NCBI GenBank assembly: GCA_951406725.2 | Contig: OX597814.1 | Location: forward strand, 39,246,001 to 39,310,000 | Direction of reading: 5' to 3' | Source: Octopus vulgaris | Lineage: Eukaryota | DNA length: 64,000 nucleotides | Part shown: piece by piece, positions 28,374 to 46,924 of the stretch | Position numbering within the stretch: the stretch's first letter is position 1 | How the letters are laid out: every line of letters starts with the position of its first letter | Position numbers and translations under genes: made by a program | Notes under the pieces: generated by a model | The model's input: only the letters and a program-made list of their open reading frames with translations | What the model was told of the DNA's origin: nothing | Database searches by the model: none

Positions 28374-28489
28374 CTTACCTGTATATCTATCTATCTATCT
28401 GTCTGTCTGTCTGTCTGTCTCTATTTCTCTGTCTCTATCTATCTGTATCTATCTCCATATATATGTGTGTGTGTTATTAAAATAAAATT

Positions 28490-29640
28490 TTTAAAAAAAA
28501 CGGTGAAAAAAAAACAAGGGAAAACAACGATGCAAGGTCGTACCATATGCAAAGTATTGATGAGACGATCAGAGAAGGATAGAGTGGCTGTTTCACGTTT
28601 CAAGCATAGCTCTTCTTCGGAAACAGGAGACATTGTGAAGTCAAAAAGAAAAAGGAGGAGAAATAAATCGCCAACAGTCCATTTTTGAAATGACTGGAAG
28701 TAGATGGACAAAGTGCTTTCTGGGACTGGAAAGTGTGAAAAATGGTTGTTATGTGTGTGCGCGTGTGTGGTGACATGTTTGTGTGATAGCGTGTGTGTGT
28801 ATAGTAGCATGAGTTTTTGGCAGCCACTGAATATATGTGGTAGTGTGTGTGCGTATGTTAGCGCGTATGTGTGTGGCAGTAACTGAGTGTGTGTGTGTGT
28901 GTATACGTATGGTGGCAACTGGGTGTGTGTGTGAGATGCGTGGTATTAATTGTGTGTCTGTGTAGACACACAATTAACTGTTTACATGTGCTTGTGTTCT
29001 GTGAATGGTCACTGTGTTTGTGTTGCTGTCGTAGTGAGAAATCAGCAGCTATAGTGACAGGTGTGTGTATGGGTGACTGTGGAAGTGTGCATATATGTGT
29101 TTTTGCATGTGTGCGTATATGGGAGTCATGGGTAGTTAGAATGGTGTCTGAAAAGTAGTCTGAAGATATATGAATTGGTGGCTGTGGATGCATGTGTGTT
29201 GGCATGTGTATATGTGTGAACATGTGTATGGGTGCATGTGTATGTCTCAGTCTCTCTGTTCCACTCTCTCTCTCTCCCTTTACATGTATGTATGTTCGTG
29301 TATGCTGGTGGGTGTGTGTGAATGTGTATGTGCGTGCGTGTGCGTTTGGAAGTGTATGTACGTGTATGTATGCTTGTGTGTGCGTGTATGTACGTGTGTG
29401 TGTCTGTATGTATATGCTTCTATGTGTATGTTGTGTGTGTGAGTGGAGGTGTACGTGAGTTAGTGTCTGTGTGCGACTGCGTGAGAAGGAAAGAGTGGTG
29501 AGTTTGGGTATGGGTGCGTTGTCTAAAGGGTGTGTGAATGGATGGATGTGGCTGTCTGGATTGGTGAGGGTGGTTGTGTGTATGTTAGCATGTGTGTGGA
29601 CGGAATGGGAATATGTATGTGTGAGCACGTGTGTCGTCAG
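28490..29640 (-). mobile_element. 5'-truncated Penelope-like 3' end (CA-rich tract + pLTR with HHR-like motif)
   Basis: Layout as at 34215-36000; motif 28588-28626 (-): ctgttt-CCGAAGA-A-gagc(tat)gctt-GAAAC-GTG-aaacag. Confidence 0.6.
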
Positions 29641-29835
29641 TGTCTCTCTTTGTGTGTAATTTTGTCGCTCTCTATCTCTTTATAAGTATGCTTGTGTACC
29701 TGTGTGTGTGTGTGTGCATCCAGCGTTTTTTTATGTCCTGTGCCCATATATGCATGAATATATACACACATCCATACATATATACATACATACATACATA
29801 CGTACGTACAAGTGTGCTTATGTGTACCTGTATAT

Positions 29836-29903
<68 letters not shown>

Positions 29904-29973
29904 CAAAAATTTAGGAACGGCCATAATAGGCCGTTCAACCCACTAGAAATAGCAGCCAAGGCTTCAACCGCAA

Positions 29974-30028
<55 letters not shown>

Positions 30029-30059
30029 GTATGTATATGTATATATATATGTATATGTA

Positions 30060-30246
30060 AAAAAAATACAAACTGGGACAAGAACGCAAAACATTTAGAA
30101 GACGATACATAAAACACGGAAACGAAATTCGAAGCCTTCAATCTTCAGTCAAGAACCGGATCATACTCGCAATTTCGGCTGATTAATCTTGAGTTTGCTT
30201 CGATCTGGCCAGCCCCAAAAGAAAATCTAAGCCAAGCGCATTAGAT
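30060..30246. repeat. Unclassified repeat (related copy at 56530-56810)
   Basis: Shared cagt..gca(a/g)tttcgg..atctggcc(a/g)gccccaa..aaatctaagc; both flanked by (TA)n. Confidence 0.6.
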
Positions 30247-30262
30247 ATATATATATTAGATG

Positions 30263-30306
<44 letters not shown>

Positions 30307-30551
30307 GTGCAAGGGTACTGATCAGTGTGGAATATGTGTGTGCGTGTGAATAAATGTATCACAGAAGCACAGTAGGATTGTAAGAGCCAAGTGAAGGGTA
30401 TTATTTTGTGTATGCATTTTCATGAAGAAACGTAAGTAGGGGTGGGAAAACGTTTTCTTCTAGTATCTATCTCTTAACAACAAAGAAAGGATTCAACATT
30501 TAGAAATGCTAAATTAGGGCATATATCAGTGTGTATATTACTATAACAGTC

Positions 30552-30895
30552 GCAGCATGGATGACATATTTTAGCCATGCGAAAACATACAGAGTGTTAA
30601 CTTCACTTAAAAATTTACCGTCTCTAATTTTTCATCAAACATTTCATAGCGCGAACTGCGGCCTGATCTCTGGAACGAGCACTCTCTCAAAATTACACTG
30701 AAACACTCTGTACACTTCTCAATGAACAGGTCGCATGTAATATGACGTATAGTTTTACACCGTATTACAACAGATGTTTAAGTGAAGCAAACAGTTTTGC
30801 GAGTTTTTAAAATGTTAACGTGTCTTCCACGCTGCAAAAGTTTCAGTTTCAGCACTAGGTCTCATATCAAGGTATTTGCCTCGCAATTAAAACTC
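30552..30895. mobile_element. Older, diverged member of fold-back family F
   Basis: gcagcatgga..cttcacttaaa mirrored by tttaagtgaag..tccacgctgc; tail cagcactaggtctcatatcaagg resembles the family F tail. Confidence 0.6.
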
Positions 30896-33561
30896 CTAAA
30901 CTATAAAAAATTCTACATATACAGTTAATTTGTAGATAAAATGTTTATTTATAAAGAAAGGTCCGTAAAGATGTATTTTAATTAATCTTGCGTTTAGCCT
31001 ATAAATACAAATAACATTGACAGCATGTGACTTCTAACAATGGAATTTTTGCTATTGTTTCCAGGTATAAGGGGACTTTCATAAATATGAATTTGATGCA
31101 ATGAGCATAACAATGAGTATAAATTGGTCCGCCATGTATATGCACGAATGGAGTTACATACGAATGGACAAATAAGTAAAAATGTAATTAATGCAGCTAT
31201 GTTTACACATTCAGAGTTTTATTGTCTTCTGTATGTTTTGCGTATTTCTATGTTGCTATGGTTAAATATCTCGCTTTGCATATTATTAATTTTTTCCATT
31301 ATTCTAAATACTTCTTCTCATTACTCGTTATCATACAACGATCGAGAAGAATCATTATACTCAAAAATGTAAATTTTATGCATTTTTGTATACATACACG
31401 CACACGGACACACTCACACACACACACGCGCGCAAAAAAATGTATTCATGTAGTCGCCAGAAATATAACAAAGTACATCCGGGCTTGTTTCACATCTTCT
31501 AGAAGATATTCTAGGTTCAAACGATGTGGAACTCTGCAAAGGAACGGAAAAGGAAAATTTATAACAGTATACATTTGATTAACAATCAAAATGCTTACAG
31601 AATATCATTAAAGAAGTATTGAAATGTTAACTATGATACAATAAAACAAAGTAGGTATTATATATACATTAAAGAATAGCATGAAGACATAACAGAACAA
31701 ATTAAAATGATATGGTTTAACCGAAGCAACGTAACCTTGTAGAGCGCGTTTTCCTCTCCGCACTGCTTGCGTGTAACTGAAGCCACAGTGATGCAAGAAC
31801 CTTTCTGTGTAGTTGAAACGGTCTAAATGTTTTAGACGCTTCTGTTTTTAAGTTAAACCTATTAATTATACTGTTATAGCTTAATTTACACCTATTAATT
31901 ATACTGTAACAGTTTATTTAAATATGGCAATTAATAGACATAATAAAAGACAATAGAAAAATTGGGGCATAATGATAAAATTCAGGTATAATGGTAAAAT
32001 CCAATGTTTGAGTTTGTGAAGAAACTGCAGGTGATAAGATAATTTCTTTTTATTTTTAATTTTTTTTAATCACTAGGTAAAATCGATCTGTTTCACCAAT
32101 AGTTGTGAAACAATTTTTTGATCGCTGACGTATTTGATCACTATGGAGAAAATTACTAGTAAAAAAATTCCCGAAAAATAACAAAGAAATGGAGGGCAAA
32201 AGCTATAAAATAACTTAAATGTATTGAACAAAAAATTATTTCACGGAACGAAATAATCAACCAACACCTTCTCCCATTCCTTTTTCGTCAGTGATAGTTA
32301 TATTTACTCTGGAAGTTTGCGGATCAGTTATTCCATTATTCTTTTGAGTGTAATAGTTTATTTATGAACACCTTTTTTCTATTTTAAACAAAACATAGGA
32401 TCGTAATCATTCAAAAAAGTTCCCAATTCTTCATAAATCCTTTCAGATTAGAGACAAGATGAACATAACCATATCAGTCTAGAAAACGTAAGTTAACTAA
32501 GAATAGAGTTCATATAAACATAATAATAATTTTTTACTAAAATTTCAAAGGAGTAAAAATTTAGCCATTTCTCAAGGGCTACAGTACAAATTAAAATAGT
32601 GATGAAATGTACGCCTCTCTTGACAACTAATAAACATAAGAAGAATATTTGAAGATGTGGAAAGATATAAGTTTGTAAGACGCAGCTTAACACAATGAAT
32701 TGTTTCTGTACCTGACGAATGCATTATCGCGTATATCACAGAGATGTGACAGAGTGATAGCAAACTTCTACTGAAAACAATGCACCTACTTCATGTATTA
32801 AATACATTCGACGTATTTTAAGCGTTATATACAGGTACGAATATATACACACACGCACAAGCGTGAGTGCAATTTCAATGTTTCTTTTACGAAACGTCAA
32901 TACCCTTGACTTACCACCATAAATTGACTACATGTCTATAGTTTATATATAGACATGTTTATATGCAGACATAGAATTTGATATATTCCTATATAATGGA
33001 ACATATTTACTGATTTATACATACATACATTCATACACACATACATACATGCATGCATACATACATACATGCATGCATACATACATATATACATATGCAA
33101 TCATACACATAGACACATATATATATGCATTCATTTGTTCAAGCACAACCACACGCATACACACACATACACACACACATACCCATATATATTATAATAC
33201 TTATTGTTTCATTTATATATGTATCCATGTGTAAGACATATAGCTTTCCCCTTCAATTCCATCGTTTACTTCTACTCTTCAAACTGTCAATTCACTTATA
33301 CTTTTGATTTATACGCAACCGCATTTAAATGAACTTTTGACTCTAAAAACCCAACAAACATTCGTATGTGCCTAAACTTTCAGATGTCTAATCATCCATT
33401 ACAAGTTATTCTTCCACTTTTATCCTTTACAAAAATCTAAATCAATCTTGTGTCGCTGTGTATACGAAGAGACAGACACAAATGTAACAAAGCATAAAAT
33501 ATGTTGAGAATCAATTTTCTTTCAAGTACTACGTAAGAAGCACTTATAAATATATACGTGT

Positions 33562-33638
<77 letters not shown>

Positions 33639-34115
33639 AAGGTATCCACATATTTGTCTCCATATGATATGTGCATACAGACTTCAATATGTGCATGTGT
33701 GTACATTTTGCATATAAACATGGAGGTAGGTATATATATATGTGTGTGTGCGTGTGTGTCTATGTGTCTGTGTGTTTGTTTGTGTGTGTCTGTTTACATG
33801 TTCATTGTGTTCTTGAGCAGAACAATTCCTCTGAGATTACACTGCGACCATTTTGACATCTGACGTTTGATACACCATGTACCTGTGCAAACAACGTCGA
33901 TTTGATGGAGAGATCGAGGTACAGTATGGCACGAACATTTAATCCCTATGAACTAATCATCTGTGCAGGTTGTTCACAAGATATTGCAGAAACATCTTTC
34001 TAGACTGTAAGAATCTAACTTACATATTCAAATTTATGTATGTATGCATGTATATATGTATGTATATATGTATGTGTTTTTATGTATGTATCTATCTATA
34101 TAACCTCTCTCTCTA

Positions 34116-37912
<3,797 letters not shown>

Positions 37913-37914
37913 TT

Positions 37915-37978
<64 letters not shown>

Positions 37979-38360
37979 GATAGATTCATGTATGTGTTTT
38001 AATGATGTATAATCTGAATGCCACATGATAATAAACTTGTAAATTAAAATCTAAAATTAAGAATTTTAAATTTGTTTCAGGGAAGATAACATATGGAATA
38101 TGTGATGATCATCTCAATTTGGCAACAAGTAGTTAGTGATAAATAATCTCCCTATGACTCTTGGATGTTCGTTAAAGTTGTTGTTGGTAATGTTTATGTG
38201 CAATAAGTCGGTTATACGATCCACCCGATTAAAATAGGAATCAAAAGGGTCTACACTCGAAATTTGGTTGATAACTTTTAAGGTGGTGCATCAGCTTGGA
38301 GTAAATGAGAAAAGATATTTTAATGATAGATAGATATTTCGAAGATTCTTGTCTCGTGAT

Positions 38361-38687
38361 AGCTTGCTCGTGAAATTAATATGTAAGTGGCTGAGAATCC
38401 ACAGACACGTTCACTCTTTACGTGGTTCTCGGGGAGATTCAGCGAGACACATTGTGTAACAAAGCTGGCCCTTTGAAATACAGGTACAATAGAAAACAGG
38501 GAGAAGGAGTGAGAGAAGGTTGTGGTGAAAGAGTACAGCAGGGTACGCCACCACCCCCTGCTGGAGCCTCGTGGTACATTATATGTTTTTGCTCAATAAA
38601 CACACACAACGCCCAGTATGGGAATCGAAACCACAATCCCACGACCGTGAGTCCGCTGCACTAACCACTTGGATATTACACCTCCAC
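38361..38687 (-). mobile_element. tRNA-derived SINE, head Y + tail Q
   Basis: Head matches 39359-39545; tail (gtatttcaaaggg.cagc..ttaatttcacgagcaagct) matches 57715-57836. Confidence 0.8.
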
Positions 38688-39189
38688 ACCGTATCAACAC
38701 ACATAATAAATAAGTGGAGGTTTACATACCATTTAAACAGGAAAGTTTTTGTTTGAACACGAGATACATATTGTTAGTAAATCTTTCCTGCCTTAATAAT
38801 TCTCCCTTTGGCTTAACAAGTAAAGAAAGATGATTCTTGAACGCGTTCTTCCACATTTCAATTTTCACTGTTTGTTGAGAGAATTAGAGTAGGCGTGTAA
38901 ACCATTATTTGTTTAATAACGGTAACAACTGAAAATCTAACTGAAAATAATTAAACAGACGACGGCGTCGAAGTTAGTGCGACATGAATATATTCAAAAA
39001 TCTTTTATGAAGTAAATATCACAGCAGAGACATGTAATTGAATCACATGTTTTCCAAGAATATATCTAACAACAGATAAAACCATACGTGCATTTATTTG
39101 TTTCTCTTGTATAATTTTGTCTATTTACTTGTAAATATATCCATCTTCATAGGTATATCACCATACACGCATACACGCACTTGTATAAA

Positions 39190-39269
<80 letters not shown>

Positions 39270-39302
39270 TAATACATACAACGTACAAATATGTATGTAT
39301 AA

Positions 39303-39334
<32 letters not shown>

Positions 39335-39358
39335 ATGTACATGTACGTATGTACGCAT

Positions 39359-39671
39359 GTGGAGGCGCAATGGTCTAGTGGTTAGAGCATCGGACTTGCG
39401 ATTGTAGGATCGCGGTTTCGATTCCCAGATGGGGCTTTGTGAGTGTTTATTGAGCGAAACACCTAAAGCTCCACGAGGCTCCGGCAGTGTGGTTGTGGCG
39501 AGTTCTGCTGTACTCTTTCGCCACAACTTTCTCTCACTCTTTCTTCTGTTGGTCTGCTCGCTTAGCCAGCGGAGAGGCGTCATTTGAAGGCTAACACAAT
39601 GCGAAGCGCATTGTGACAAGCGATGTGTAGCAACATCTGATAGCCTGGACGGTCACGGTGGTCACGGTGAC
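39359..39671 (+). mobile_element. tRNA-derived SINE, head Y + tail R
   Basis: A box tggtctagtgg, B box ggtttcgattccc, 3' short tandem ggtcacggt x2. Confidence 0.85.
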
Positions 39672-39696
39672 GTATGTATATATGTATATATGTATG

Positions 39697-39732
<36 letters not shown>

Positions 39733-40365
39733 ATACAGTCTACATTAAAACACATTAACAGGCTTCCATCATAGGAGTCCATTACCCTAGAAAGAACAGT
39801 TAAAGTCCAAACCACAAATTAGGGATACATTCTCGAAGGGAATGAAAAATAGAAATATTTACCATCTAATTCCCGGGCCATGGTTTCTGACTTGTAGTAA
39901 ATAAAAATTATTATTTACCGAAGCGAAGTCTTGATCATATACATACATACATTCATACATACATACATACATACATACATACATACATACATACATACAT
40001 ACATACATACATACATACATACACGTATTTGTGGGATTATGTATGTATGCACAGAAAAATAGAGAAATAGAGACATAAACGATGTGAGAGACAGCGAGAC
40101 AGAGAGAAGGATAGAGTAACATTACGCACACATACTCATGTACATTAGCATGGATTTATATTTCAAAAGAATTGAGATTTTGTTTCTGGCTTATTCTTTC
40201 GTTAATTTGGCTGTCAATGTGTACATGTATTCATTTACACTTTCATTCTCCTCCGTTCACTTTAAGTGGTATTTGTGGATACATCTTCACGTATATAAAG
40301 AGAAAAGAAAATGCATATCACAGTCATTATGTCCACAGAATTCAGGGATATACAACCAACATTAT

Positions 40366-40396
<31 letters not shown>

Positions 40397-40430
40397 CACA
40401 CACACACTCACACACACACACTCTCACACT

Positions 40431-40465
<35 letters not shown>

Positions 40466-40625
40466 GTATACATATATATATATATATATATATATAGTTG
40501 GATATATAAATATGATGTACGTGTATATATGTTTATATGCATTTATATATTTATACACGATTATACACGTAAGTATGCATGCATGTATCTATGTGTATAT
40601 GTATGCATACCGACACACATAAACC

Positions 40626-40737
<112 letters not shown>

Positions 40738-41472
40738 TTGCATATGTACATGCGTGTGGTTGTGTGTGTGTGCGTATGTGTATTTGCATATGTATTTAGA
40801 GTAATAATTAAAACAGCAAATATAAATAACCGGCAAAGTGTTTGAATGATAGAATTTAATAATGATGAGAATTAAACAAAATATCTGACGTCCTTTAAGC
40901 AATGTTCAAAGGAAACGAGAGAGTGTGTACTTTAACGGAAGCACAATATTATGTAAAAATATTTAAAAGATGGAAAATGAAAGTGTTGTGCAATGATATT
41001 ATGTACGTATATTTACAAAGCATAGCCTCTACAGAGTGTGACCTTGATCTTTTTGAAATCCGTAAACAGTTACTTTCTTTATAATAGTTTTGCCCCTTTT
41101 TATTAGAGTTTTATTTAAGGAAAATCTGTGTTTTCTGCGTACTGTCAGTTATTAATTTAAATACTCATCGCAAATATTTACTGTACATGCATGTGTACAT
41201 ACGTAAATAGACACTAATGTAGTTTGAAAATACATGACAAAGATGACATCTATGTACCCTGGTAAGTACTTTGCAAATCTAGTACCCAAGCTACACATTA
41301 AGTTTCATACCTACTATCATTGCAGCAACTGGATACATGCCAACGTGTCTGGAGCAAAGTATAGCTAAACATGGAATCATGGGAAGAGTATATAAATCCT
41401 TAATTCATATGCTACAAACGATCTCGATATTAGGGATCATATATATCCGCAAAACGTAAAGGATAATATATA

Positions 41473-41814
41473 TTAGCAAAGAAAGCAGTGATAATAGTGA
41501 GAGGTAATATTTATCCCCACTCAATCCTGGATGTTCTGTTAGAACAGACTTTTCTGCGGTTGATACCCTGAGAGAAAAACCTCGTATAGGCTTTTGGTCC
41601 AGAATGCACTATTGCTTTTATCGTTAGCGGTGAGATAAATCCCTGCCATCTCCAGTGCCCTGTCCACCAGCTCTCGTGGTTTAGATATTCCTAGCTCTCA
41701 ATAATGATTCCCGCACTACCGTGAGAGATAGCAGTGACTCACGTCCCACGTCAGCGATATATAGAAAAACAGTGCCAAAACAGGCACTGGTGTCACGATT
41801 CGACAGCGTGCGTG

Positions 41815-41850
<36 letters not shown>

Positions 41851-41962
41851 CGACAAAGGCAGTATTAATATAGAGAGGTAATATTTATCTGCACTGAAGC
41901 GTGGATATTCTGTTAGAGCAAACTTTACTGTGATACTTACCTCGTGAGAAACTCTCATATCG
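41473..41962 (+). repeat. Two tandem copies of repeat family U separated by (TA)n
   Basis: 41473-41590 is repeated at 41848-41962; homologous to 24908-25155. Confidence 0.65.
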
Positions 41963-42037
41963 GAGGGAGGGTGCTGTGGAAGGGCATACGTCCGGACAGA
42001 CTCACAAAGACAGATAGATAGATCGATAGATAGATAG

Positions 42038-42290
42038 TTTCTTTATTAGCCACACAGGGCTGAACACAGAAGAGACAAATGACAAAGTAGAGCTTTTATT
42101 TTGGGGGAGAAAAAAAGAAAAAAGAAAAATATAAAATAAAATGGTGGTAGGTTTTCGATCAAAAAGGATCGTAAAAAGAGAGAAAAAATAGGGATCGTAT
42201 ATCACAGAAATATCATGATGTAAAGTGTAAAGGGGGAAGCAGATAAGGTTTATCCCTGGGAAGAAAAGCCTACGGAAAAGACCACGGTAA
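42038..42290 (-). mobile_element. LINE-like 3' UTR fragment ending at (TATC)n
   Basis: Reverse complement ttttacgatcctttttgatcgaaaacctac...cagccctgtgtggctaataaagaaa|ctatctatc matches 28183-28373. Confidence 0.7.
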
Positions 42291-43268
42291 TAATGTCACA
42301 TGTTAACACATTTATTTGCAAGTAAGTAACTCTCAGCCCAAAGTTTTCTTAAGATTGATATAACGTTCCTAAATCCAAGTAATTTCTAGGACTATTTCAT
42401 AGAAAATTAGGCTTCATTTCATAATGTACATATCAACTATATTCATTTGGAATCCTCATGTCCCGACGTTGACTACTACGACTCCGTCGTCCTAGGAGAC
42501 GCATCTAATTCCCTGTTACTCATTAATTCAAGAAAGATATCAACGCGCGTCTATTTTTGTTTATCCGATCAACTAAAAAGAATAAATATCGTACCATCCC
42601 GGTTTTTTTTTGTCTATTGAATTTTCAGCACAAATATACGCCCGCGCACACACATACGCACACACACACACAGGCTCACACAAACATACACATATATATA
42701 TATGTAGGTAGGTAGGTAAGAAAGAGAGACAGTGAGAGGTCGCAATATGAATATGAATATGAATGAGTAAGAGCCATGTATGTATATATGATAATGTGGA
42801 ATCTAATTTCATATTTATGTCTGTTTGTCTGTGTGTGTAGGTGTATGTGTGGAAGTAATACTGTACCGTCATTCACTTAAATGACGGGTATTATAAGACT
42901 GTTCGTCTATCCTTCGTTTTCGAATCCATTTATGGGCAAAGACAATTATGGAGGTTAAGTTTTTTTCTATAATTGTTTGATGATGCTATCGATATTTACC
43001 AATAGTATATTCGTCTAACAATTATCCTTTCAATATACTGTAAATTTGTTTATTGCTTAAGAAATATGTGGAAGCTTATTTCTAAGTGTGAAAGAGGTCT
43101 ATTGTATAGATTTCAATGTATCGATATTGACTGATTTGTCAACTCATTTCGTCGCAGGACGTTACGCGAATTGAGTTGTGAGTGAAACAAATGAAGATAA
43201 GAAAGTAATACGAATATAAACCAACGACAAGCAAATGTTATATATGTGTATGTATGTATGTATTTATG

Positions 43269-43305
<37 letters not shown>

Positions 43306-43390
43306 CAGGTAGATAGCTAGAGATAGATGGATAGATGAAGATAGATCGATCGATAGATAGATAAATAGATAGATATATAGATAGATAGAC

Positions 43391-43460
<70 letters not shown>

Positions 43461-43900
43461 GCAGATGGGCAGATAATAAAAAATTGAGCTAATTTTCGGA
43501 TTAAAAATAAATATCTTGAATGCGAATTAGCTATATTTCATTTTCTTAGTTGAAGTTACGTCATGGATGTCGTCCAAAATGGGAATTTGGATTGTGAATT
43601 GACAAACGCCGAAAATACATAGATTGATATATCTTAATGTACATTATAATGCTTCACGTGTGCATTGTGGTTGTCGCTAATTTTTTGTGTATACGTTCCA
43701 ATGAATGCATGTATGTTTATATTAAAGCATACAGTTTTTGCAGAAAAACGAGAATAATTAGATAAAAATTGCTCAATATCTTCTAAAAATATTATGCATG
43801 TAATTGACCGAAAAATGAGAGAAAGGAACAGAGTAAACAAAAGTTAGTCGAAATAGAATGAAAGCTAACTTAATGTGTGCGTGTGTGTTTGTGTGTGTGT

Positions 43901-43931
<31 letters not shown>

Positions 43932-44138
43932 TACACATATATATATATATACACACACATATACATACACACACCTTTGCATATAAGTATGTGTATATAT
44001 ATATATACTTATGTATATGTGTGTGTGTGTATATGTCTATATATATATATATATATATTTAGAGAGAGAGAGAGATATATACATGCATACATACATACAT
44101 GCAAACATAAATACATACAATTATATGCATACATTCAC

Positions 44139-44498
44139 GGCTGCGCAGTAAGAAGCTAGCTTCCCAACCACATGACTCCGGGTTCAGTTCCACTGTGTGG
44201 CGCTTTTTGCACATGTCTTCTACTACATCCTCAGGCCGACCAAAACTCTAAAAGTAGCCTGTCGTATATAGAGACAGAGGTAAATGCATATATTTATGTG
44301 TATCTGTGTTTGTCCCCCAATCATCACTTGACAACCGATGCTGGTGTGTTTATGTGCCCTTAACTTAGCAGTTCGGCAAGATAGACGTTAGAATAAGTAC
44401 TAGGCTTTCAAATCATAAATCATGGGGTAGGTTTTATCGAATATAACTCTTTATGATGGTGCTCCAGAATGGCCATATTCAAATGGTTGAAAAAAGTA
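44139..44498 (+). mobile_element. SINE family B (diverged)
   Basis: aaccacatgactccgggttcagttccactgtgtggc..tgacaaccgatgctggtgtg..ggtgctccagaatggcc. Confidence 0.8.
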
Positions 44499-44499
44499 G

Positions 44500-44665
44500 G
44501 TGAAGCAGCTCTTCTTTGTGCCTCCTGCCGCGATGTGGTCTCATATGGGATTTCCGATAGAAAATCGTTCATGTGATTTTTGAGCGTTTTCACATCTACA
44601 CATTGCAGATCTCTTAGGTTCCTTAGCAGGATTTTTAAAACGAGTGGTCCCATGAAATCCAAGCT
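44500..44665 (-). mobile_element. CR1-like ORF2 extreme C-terminus (second subfamily, similar to 6075-6600)
   Basis: GPLVLKILLRNLRDLQCVDVKTLKNHMNDFLSEIPYE..RAA. Confidence 0.55.
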
Positions 44666-44714
44666 GGGTACTTATCTGAAATGAAGAAGATGATATCATT
44701 GGTATAATGCAGTG

Positions 44715-45432
44715 CTAACCAGTATCCAACTATATTTGGCTTATCTGCTATTCCTTGAAGAAATTTGTCCAGATTCTGTTTAAAGATGATGGGATCCTTT
44801 TCCTCTTTGACCAGTTGTAGGACAATGATAAATAGGGCAGAATCAGTTGAGGAAAAGATTTGTGTTGCAGTGTACACGTATGTTGTGATCCTAATTTTGG
44901 CAGGGGACGTATGGACGGTAGTCCTAGCCTTTGATGAACCATGAAACTAATGTTCAGGTCGTTTGGGCAATGCTGACGGTATATTCTCCACATCGTGCAA
45001 ATGATGTACTGCTCACGGCGACGCTGGAGAGAGTAGAGTTTCAACGCTTTAATGCGGTCTCAGTAATCCTAGATTAGTTCTGACCTTAATTCGTTTAGTG
45101 AATGCCATCTAGGGTGTTACAATTTTCGAGATGTTTTGTATGGAGAGTCAGCAGGGGTCAGCAGTATTCGAGGTTTGACCGTACAAAGGGGAAGAAAAGT
45201 GGAATGATGATAACTTTTTCTCTGGACCAGAAAGATCTTAAGATCCAGGAGCTCATTCTACGAGCTATATCGAACTTATTGTTGATGTGGGCACTCCAAC
45301 TGAGATCGTCATCAACAATTACTCCTTGGTTTCTGGTGCTATTACATGTTGTGAGCGTTTCCCCTGAAGGAACAGAGTATGGCTGTTTTAGTATAGTCTT
45401 TCTTCCAAATTGCATCAGCTCAAATTTTACCT
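44715..45432 (-). mobile_element. CR1-like LINE fragment related to the 58287 element
   Basis: PYSVPSGETL..GVIVDDDLSWSAHINNKFDIARRMSSWILR and KLYSLQRRREQYIIC..QHCPND align to ORF 58314..59681; frameshifted. Confidence 0.9.
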
Positions 45433-45492
45433 CAATTAGTTACATTTTGTTTTAGACTGCCCATTGCTTCACCTCATGCATATGTATATATG

Positions 45493-45538
<46 letters not shown>

Positions 45539-45598
45539 GTATATGTATACATAAAATATATATGTATATATACACTGTATATATACATATATATATAT

Positions 45599-45679
<81 letters not shown>

Positions 45680-46924
45680 GACCCACACAATCACATACAT
45701 GTATATGAATCTATATCAAAGCAAGAATCACCGCTGAGGGCCACAACGTCAATCTCCCACAACCACTAAAAGTCACATATCATAGAAGGTTTAGCGAAAG
45801 TGTAGCAAAGTAAACAGCAGTGCACCCAGAATGGCTGCACTCCTTGCACTGACACTAAAAAAGAAAAATAAATCATAAATATACGTACGAGCATATAGTG
45901 GGGAAGAGGAAGCGTGTAAGAGGCATATATTGAGAATTTTACAATTATATACATCTAGGGAAAACTACAAATAAAATAAGAAAATTCAGTCAGGAAGTAA
46001 TGAAGGAAAATAATATTTTTGTACAATATAAATAGAAACGCATAACTTATAATAAGTGAAATAGACACAATGAGATGAAGAATTATAAATAGGGAATTCT
46101 TAATTGCAGAAAGATGGGATCTAGGAAACAGGAATGCATCTATTTTTCAAGAGAAATAAAACAAAAATAGTGATTATATTTAGAATAATTTTCCAGAAAT
46201 TATTACCAATTTTACTAAATTTCAATCCAGTTGTTTTCTGATATTGATGTGTGGGTGGCATGGAAGTATTCTAATGTGTGTGTGTGTGTGTGCCCGCGCG
46301 TATAAATTTGTAGTCAAGTGACATGTATAGAGAAGGTGAAAGTCATATGCATGCACACACACAATTATATATACATATATATGTGTATACATTATGAAAT
46401 GATATGAATGGGACAGAGATGTTGTTCAAAGTATTTTGTGTACATTTTCATAGCTTGTTTATTTATTTTCTCCTTAATCTATTACATTATATAATTAAGT
46501 AACTTTGTATTACCTTAGGATTTGGTGCAACTTAGAGATAGGCACTATGCCCTCATTGGAGATCTTGTCTTCCAACCTGGCTAACGTTGTAATTCCTAAA
46601 ATGAACTTATATTCTGTTTACTTAGAATTTAGTGTATTCAATTCCTTCTGTATGTCATGATGCATGTGTTCTGTTCTCCGTAATTTAGAATATTTAGATG
46701 GTTATTATTGATATGAATGAAGAAACTCCAAGTATTGTATCGGTTTATATATCGCTGGGTTTCCACGACAGAATCTCACGAATCGTATGGATATACGCTC
46801 CACCTTACGATGCAAGCACTGTACCTTTTTCTTTATCAATCGATTAAATCTAGTATTTAATTCCGTAGAATTAAATTGCAAATTTAGCCTCATTGGAATT
46901 TGAACACAGCAGTCAAAGAGTCGC

